Origin: Epiperipatus broadwayi
Taxonomy: Eukaryota > Animalia > Onychophora
DNA length: 64,000 nt
Direction of reading: 5' to 3'
Assembly: GCA_028023455.1 (NCBI GenBank)
Contig: JAQFVV010000002.1
Coordinates: 25,978,001-26,042,000, forward strand
The translations under genes and the position numbers were made by a program. The notes under the pieces are model-generated. The model ran no database searches, was not told the origin of the DNA, and worked only from the letters and a program-made list of their open reading frames with translations. This document shows, one piece after another, positions 56,497 to 64,000 of the stretch; the first letter of the stretch is position 1; every line of letters begins with the position of its first letter.

Positions 56497-56574
56497 CTTT
56501 GGTGGTTTGAAAGGATAATCTGTGGGAAAATGAATAGTTAAGAAAAATACGCCACCTTGATAAGGACTGTCAGG
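56497..56574 (-). CDS. UBE2D: UBE2D internal exon (78 nt)
   Basis: ttttag acceptor, gtatgt donor; PDSPYQGGVFFLTIHFPTDYPFKPPK. Confidence 0.98.
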
Positions 56575-58499
56575 CTAAAAAGAATCCAAAATTAAAATAT
56601 TATCTTTCTATCTATACATACATTTAAAACACAATCTATATCAATATATTTATAATAAAAAGACAAAATATTTTATTGCTAATAAGCACAATTTCGTACG
56701 GCCAATAAATCTTTTAATAAATAATATTTCCTATATCAAAATTTTACTTTTATTTATATAGAATAATTAAGTTGTTTTTGTAAATAAATAGTTAAATGTG
56801 TCAAAATAAAATATTATAGTACCAAAAATAAAGTAATATGAATTTGAAAGTAGGTACAAAAAAAAGGAAATGTAATATGGATTTACTTTCATTCTCACAA
56901 ATAAAAAATACTAATTAAAATGTTACAAGCATTTGCCAATCTTGTAAAAATAAGATATCCTATACAAGATATGCTTGCCTTGCTAAAAAAGCCTTTAAAT
57001 TTTTTGTACAGCTAATGAAATCTTTGATAAACAATAGCAACTTCCTTTATGAAAATTATTTACGAGCAACTTATAAAATTTCATACTTAACTACAAAAAC
57101 AAATAAATCATATATCATTAGTAAAAAACTTGTGATATCAATGGCAATTATTCAAAAAATAAAACATAAAACAAGAAAAATTCCATCGGCATATAATAAT
57201 ATGAAGAAATTAATAACAATTGGTTTGAATGACTTGATATTAAGTTGGATGAATTGATTAAGCACAGTTATTGACAAGTATTATGTACTGTCACATTAAT
57301 AGTATCTAAGAATTATAAAAGTTAATCAGATGTTATTATGGACTCACAATGCATAAATATAATTTTCTAAAAGTGAATGAATTTTGGAAGAAAATGAGTT
57401 TGAAAATAAATAATTGTTCTGAAATATATGTCAAAAATGCAGCATAAATTTCAAAAAGAAAAATTACATTTAGAGATCAATTGAATTACTATTTTCATAC
57501 CTTTATTAATCAAGATCCAAAATGGTAGAATGTTGATCAGGATTTAGAACATCATACCTGGGTCAATTAATTAATCAATGTACCTGATTATTCTTTCAAA
57601 GAAGTTATTCCAATTAAATGTTATGAAAAAAATTAATTCATTGTTCAAAATATTATTGACAGCAATTTATAAATTTTCATTATTTTTTTATTTATCCGAA
57701 TACACAATTATACAAATTTTAATTATAATAATAAATAATCATTTAGATAGCTTTAACATATGGATGTTTATTCAAATTGTCAATATTCAATAACAATAAT
57801 TATAAAACATATGCATGTTATATATACATTTAAATAAATCACAAGATAATGTAAAATATTATATAACAGCAATAATTATAGATATTCATAGAAATCAGTC
57901 AACACTTAATCAATCCAATATCAATAACAATTAACAAGCTCAATCTGTTGTCATGGCAACATCTTTGAGCATAATTACACTTATATATATATTTTTAAAT
58001 ATAATACAAAAAAGCGTTTTTCAGTAAATATTTTTTGCCTTTACCAGTGTGATGTAAACTATTTTAAAACTTCAATTTATATTGTATATGTAAAAACATC
58101 TATCTTTTTTATAAATAAAATTAACTAGGATCAATAATAAAAAACAAAAAAACAATCCAATATGTACAAATATTACAAGGTTATAATTTTTCTTTTTCTC
58201 TTGCCTTCCTTTCCCAATTAATCAACAAAACAATCATACAAAATGCATAGAAAAACTCATTCCTCGTATGCCAATTATTAGTTAAATTAAATTTATGTTT
58301 TATATTCATACAATTATGTTTGAAGTATTTAATATTAGTTTCATATAGTTTCCTTCTATAATATGGTTGATGGTTTTACATTTTACACAATCTTTAAACT
58401 ATATTAAAAAAACTAATAGATAGAAAATATGTAAAACTAAGTATAGTATTTGAAACGTAAATATAAGGGATTTGACTACAGATTTTCAAGCTCCCTTCA

Positions 58500-59625
58500 G
58501 CTGTGAAAAATAAAAATAATCTCCAATATATGTATTTCATGTTGAATCAGCAGTCATCAGTTGCTCCAGATTATCTCCCACACACACGTATAATCAATGC
58601 TCAGTTTATATTAAGATAGCAAATCTTCAAACTTTAATGGACAGGCTTCAATCTACTCCACCCTCCAACTCTTCAGCCATCCATTGAAAATCTGATAATC
58701 GAACACCTAAGTCTCTTGTTAATGCCAATATTATTGTCATGCCCATGTTGACTTTAAGTCACACTGACTTCTCATGTATAGGACCTTATCCATTTAAATA
58801 TACAGAAGAGGGATGGGCAGGATACATGCTGAATCTGTAATATTTGAATACAAACATACTTTATATACTTGGAATTTAGATGTAATTGTAATGGATTTGA
58901 ACACAGACTTTCAAGCGCCCATCACTGTTCACTCTATCTTATACAACACACATGTAAAAAGATAAGTGATCTCCAATATACTTATTTAGTACTGAAACCA
59001 ACACTCAGCAATTGGTCCAGATCATTATCTCCCACACATATATATAATCAGAGCTCAGTTTATATTAAGATAGCAAATATTCAAACTTTAATAAACAGGC
59101 TTCAATCTACTCCACCCTACAACTTTTCATGTAAATTGTTTGTACGAGATAGTGGACAGCTGACGGACATTTGAAGGTCTGTGTTTAAATCCCCAATAAT
59201 TACATCTAAACTCCAAGTATATAAAATATATTTGCATTCAGATATTACAGATTGAGCTTGTATCCTGCCCATTCCTCTTCTGTGTATTTAAATAGTCCTA
59301 TAGACGAGGGGCCAGAGAGATTTAAAGTCAACATAGGCATAACAGTAATATTGGCATCAACAAGGGATTTGGGCCTTCCATCATCAGATTTTCAATGGTA
59401 TGGATGGCTGAAAGATTAGAGGGTGGAAAAGGTTGAAACTTGTTTCATTAAAGTTTGAAGATTTGCTATCTTAATGTAAACTGAGCACTGATTATATATA
59501 TGTGTGTGAGAGATGATGATTTGGACCACAGCATGAAATATGAATATTGGAGATCATTTATATTTTTCACATGTGTGTAGTCATATGTATCAGTTATATG
59601 AGATAGAGTGGACAGGTGAAGGCCC
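58500..59625. mobile_element. Penelope-like relic arranged as tandem plus inverted copies, with a decayed hammerhead core
   Basis: 58500-58925 is the reverse complement of ~59160-59590. 58930-59130 is a direct copy of the left-arm start (period ~450 bp). CTGATGA..GAAA core at 58535-58560 (minus). Weak GIY-YIG-like residues (SSVY, LKV, IGI, SLSIK). Confidence 0.65.
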
Positions 59626-61869
59626 TATAATTAAAATTAATTAATTATACTAGCTACAACAAACATAACGTTTAACTAATAATTGTCTAATTAAAAATGG
59701 AAAATTATATAGCACATATTTATATAAGTTTTTTTTGTCCTCTATATATACTGTATGATTGTTATAAATTGTTTAATTTGAAAAGGAGGAAAAATTAGGG
59801 GGAGGGGGGATAAGAAACAAAGAAAAAAAACTGTATATTATTATAGTATTTGCATTGTATTTGGGTTGTAGTTAATTTTATATATAAATAAAAAAGATCG
59901 ATGTTACTATGTGAGCAATATAAATTGAAGATTTACAATAGTCTTCATCACATTGACAAGGCAAAAAAAAAATTATCGAAAAAATCTTTTCTATATTATT
60001 TTTATAATATATATATACAATTATTGCTGTTATATAATAATATTTTATTTTATATTATACTGTGCAACTTAATTAAATATATGAAAAACAGCATAAGCAA
60101 TTACATTTCCTCGAATTTTTGATGATAATAGATCCAGTTTAATTTATATTGAAAGATAAATGCAAAAATCTTTTCATGACTAAAATTAATAAAAGGATGC
60201 ATTTTTGTAAATGCTTTAACATCAATTTAGCAGCAGGAAAAACTTCTAGAGCTATTTTAGTTTTATTTATTTATTAAATTTTGCTAGAACTCGTTTAATG
60301 GCAAACATAGGTAAAAATGAAAAGCTCGAGTTTAAAGATATTAAAAAATATGTTATCAAAATTTATAAGTAATAGAAACTTTTGTATCTGTACAAAGTAT
60401 TATTATTTTCAAGGCTCATACTGTGGGGTTTTTTTTTTTAATATAACAGAAGTTATGCTTCCTAATCCTAAACAACACCATTAGTAATTTCTTGATAAGT
60501 TGCTCGGATCAGACTGTTACAATGGTTGCTGGAATTTCATAGATCAAAAATTAATGATGCTAAGTGCGAGTGCCAAATATATGTAATGGTGTGCCATCTA
60601 GTTTCAGCATACTTCTATATATATAGCATGGCTATCAAAAGAATGAACTTTGAGATTACTTTTAAATACAAAGTAACCTATATTTTTATCTTAAAATAAT
60701 TCAAACTTTTCACAATAAAAATCAGCTATGCATAAATTGTGCCATTTATCAAATGTTTTTGAGAAACTCATTGGATTTAATATATCACTATTAAGGAAAA
60801 ACTTAAATGTATTTATATTGAAAGCATTTATAAAAAAATTAAATAATGGAAAAATGAGGAAAATGACTTGATTTTGATTTAATTAAGCAAATCACAATTA
60901 ATTAATTGGTATGGATGGAGAAATGGAGCAAATGTATCATTTTCTGAAAGTTTAGAAAGAATTTGCAGTTTTCTTGTAATTCAACTCAAACTTGAATTTT
61001 TAAAAAACATTAAATGGATGTTTAAATTCTTATCTTTTCAAGGCATCTCGATTATATTCACATAGTTTTAATATTGTGCTATATATCTTATTTGTATATA
61101 TGTTTTATAAATACATATACCTATATGTCAAAAAAATAATTAGAGATGTATTATATATGTCTATATTAAAAGTTTTATAATGAATAGATAAGTATATTGT
61201 TGAACTATTACTATATGTTCAATTAATCTATACACACACACACACAAATACTTTCAATATCAATATACTGTTTTAATTAAAATTAATATAATTTTTTTTG
61301 CACAACCTAATTTGATTTTTAGGCATATATACATATATTTGAAAAATAACTTAATCCAATGTAGTGCATATAATTATTTATACATGACAATATCTGAGAT
61401 TCTTTATTACAATATTTTAATTATTATCTTTAAATAATTTTAATTAAAAAACTAGCAAATCTTACTTTCCATAATTACTGTATATGAAAAATTTAGACAT
61501 TTATTATTGCATCTTCTATTTATTAAGCAATAGTGTAAAAAATAATATTTCTTAACAATTTTTGTTAAAATATTTAAATTTTAGGTCTTATATTTCTGAT
61601 AAAAATAGAAAAAAAAAAATTTATTTTATGTTATGAGGTTTTTCCCATTCTGGAATTTTAATTTTCTATGTTTTGTAAAATTATGAATGAGAATTTAAGC
61701 CGTCTACTAGCTCATTATTTAATCAAGTCATTAAAAAAAAAAGAGCTAAAAGAAGATGCTTAAATGCTCACATTAAATAATATTTACCATGTATTTATAT
61801 AAGAAATACGATAAATGTTTAGAAAATATACTACAAATACATAATTATGAGAGATAGGAAAAAAAAATT

Positions 61870-62170
61870 AGGATAAAAATTATAAAAGATGTAGTTAGTT
61901 AATGGAAGAGTTTTAAATACCAGAGAAAAAATGCAAAAATGAAACAAGGGTTTGGAGATAGTATTGGACATTTAATTATGAAATGTAAAATATTTAAGGA
62001 GGATCAAATAAACTGACAGAGAGTTGAAGAAATTTAAAGGTGATAAGAATGAATGAATCAGATTTTTTTGTTGTTGTTTACTAACAAAATTGGTGAATAT
62101 GAAGATAAGATAGTTAAACTATCAAAATCAGCTTTTATTAAAATGGAATAGAAGACAAAGAAAGAAATGA
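61870..62170 (+). mobile_element. Very decayed LINE 3' fragment, possibly related to the 29-38 kb family
   Basis: LNTREK..IGHLIMKCKIFKE resembles the H-L-x-x-x-C part of the CCHC tail. Confidence 0.3.
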
Positions 62171-64000
62171 GTTTATTTTGGTATGTAAAAGTTTTTTCCA
62201 TAGAGAGAATATTTAACTTAAAAAACAGGGTTTCTAGTCATATACACTAAGTACAGAAACTTGAATCTTCATTTAAAAGTCATTTAACAAAACATCATAT
62301 TAATGTAAGACATAAATCTGTAATGTATTAATTACAAACCATAATTGGTTATATTTTATGAAATATATTTGAAATGGAGCGCGTATTATTTTAAATATTC
62401 TCTTTATATATCCAATGCAGAGCTCTATATTTCTCAGAATCAAAGTTTTTTATAGATCAATTTTAAAAGTGTTAAACAATGTCCTTTTTGTGTTTTTAGT
62501 TTCATAAAAAAATGTAATCTATATAATGCTAAATAATTTTGACTCCAATAGCTGAAATGGGCTAGACATTTTTAATCAGTTATCATATGATGTTAAAATG
62601 ACCAAATGATAAGCCAATAACAGATTTTTGTCAGATTAACAGAAAGATGTAGGTCCATAAAATACATATACAAATCTAATGCCGTTATCAAATTTTCAGT
62701 GCTTGATGAGAAAATAATTGGTGTAAAAGACTTAAGACACAGATAACCAATTCTTGGTTTGTTCCTGACAAAAATACATAATAAAATTAAAATCTATGTC
62801 TACTGCCACTTTCACATAGACAATAAATGGCTTTAGCACAATGGATATTTTTTTTTTTTGTAAAATTTGGGCTTCTAAAATAAATATGATTTCCATAATT
62901 ACTGATAAAGATGCAAATTCATGGGCAAAAAAAATATGGCATTGTTTTTATAATTTTATTCTCAAATATGAAAATATATTATTACTACATTGTGTTTTTT
63001 TTTTATGTACATTAATGATTAAAAATTTTAAATGTTATTTAACGGGAAATCCTAAATCGTACTATAATAAATTAAGTCTGGAATATTCAATTGATAATTA
63101 ACCATTTACTTACGTTTGTGATTTCTTTAAATAAACTCAATAATCTATGGTTCAAATCAATGATAGGTGAAACTAAAAAAATTTTTCCACTTTGAAGCAA
63201 ATTTAGAATACCCAACTCTGCTGGTCATCTCATTATTAGTTGATAAATAGCTATCTTAAAATCCTCATCACAAAGCATGTAAGTCTGGCTTGATGGATAT
63301 TAAGTTTCATTTCATTGTAGAAAAAAGATGAGAAGTCCTTTTTATCTATCTTTTATACATGTGTATATTTTACATTTGAAATTGTTAATAAAAACTCAAT
63401 ACTAATTGAAAATGTTTTTAAAATCATATTTTTTTACTACTTTACAAAAATTTTCGACATTAAGACAAAGAATTACATTTATACCAACCTTCAACAAAAT
63501 TGCTTTTGTTTTTTATAAATTCTGAAAATTACAAATTTGATTTACAAGTATGTAAAATTATTCAGTCTATTAATAACTTATTGAGGATAAATAAATAAAT
63601 AAAAATTAATATATACACTAGGGTCTTCGTTCAACATTTTCGATGGGTTCCAAAAACAACAAATCTGTGAGGAACAGAAATCAATTTCTCATAGAAATAA
63701 TATTTGAATGAAATTACAGAATTTATTTTTATGTATAGACAATAATATACTTGGACAATGTATTAATAATTACTATATTGAACATATTTATTTAAAACAT
63801 CAAGATATTAAGTAAGCACAAATAATAATTTGCTTTGAATATCATCACCAGGCAGTCAAAAGTTGTATAAACTTTTATTTGGCTCGTGCTGCTTTCTTGA
63901 ATCTTTATAATTTTACATTTCTTGCATTAATCCTAAAACTGATGGTCTCAAATATTATAATTTATTTTTAAATGATAGGCAATACCTATATTTCATTTAT

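Noticed and set aside
56580-64000. Search for the upstream UBE2D exons (MALKRI.., ..FHWQATIMGP)
   Set aside because: No matching sequence found by eye on the minus strand; they most likely lie beyond the window end.

Overview
AT-rich, CpG-depleted animal genomic DNA, probably an invertebrate; the TE families suggest an arthropod, but that is inference. Two conserved genes converge tail-to-tail. On +, the last two coding exons of WDFY3 (Alfy/blue cheese; end of the WD40 region plus the FYVE finger) lie at 3524-3721 and 12079-12193. On -, the last three coding exons of a UBE2D/Ubc4-5 E2 enzyme lie at 56497-56574, 49536-49641 and 43078-43217; I found no earlier UBE2D exons in the window. The introns and the ~31 kb between the stop codons are packed with mobile DNA: three Ty3/gypsy relics, a full-length RTE LINE with a 14-bp TSD, two decayed RTEs, a Penelope-like GIY-YIG relic, piggyBac and hAT derivatives, MITEs and tRNA-SINE relics. 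Notable structures: (1) an ~8.6-kb gapless head-to-tail array of five 5'-truncated copies of one LINE family; (2) a full-length processed importin-alpha pseudogene inserted into that array with a 9-bp TSD; (3) two intronic tandem-plus-inverted repeat loci carrying decayed hammerhead-ribozyme cores (Penelope/retrozyme-like); (4) CpG-retaining hairpin segments of unknown identity. Most short ORFs in the supplied track are TE fragments or noise. All comparisons were made by eye; no database search was run.
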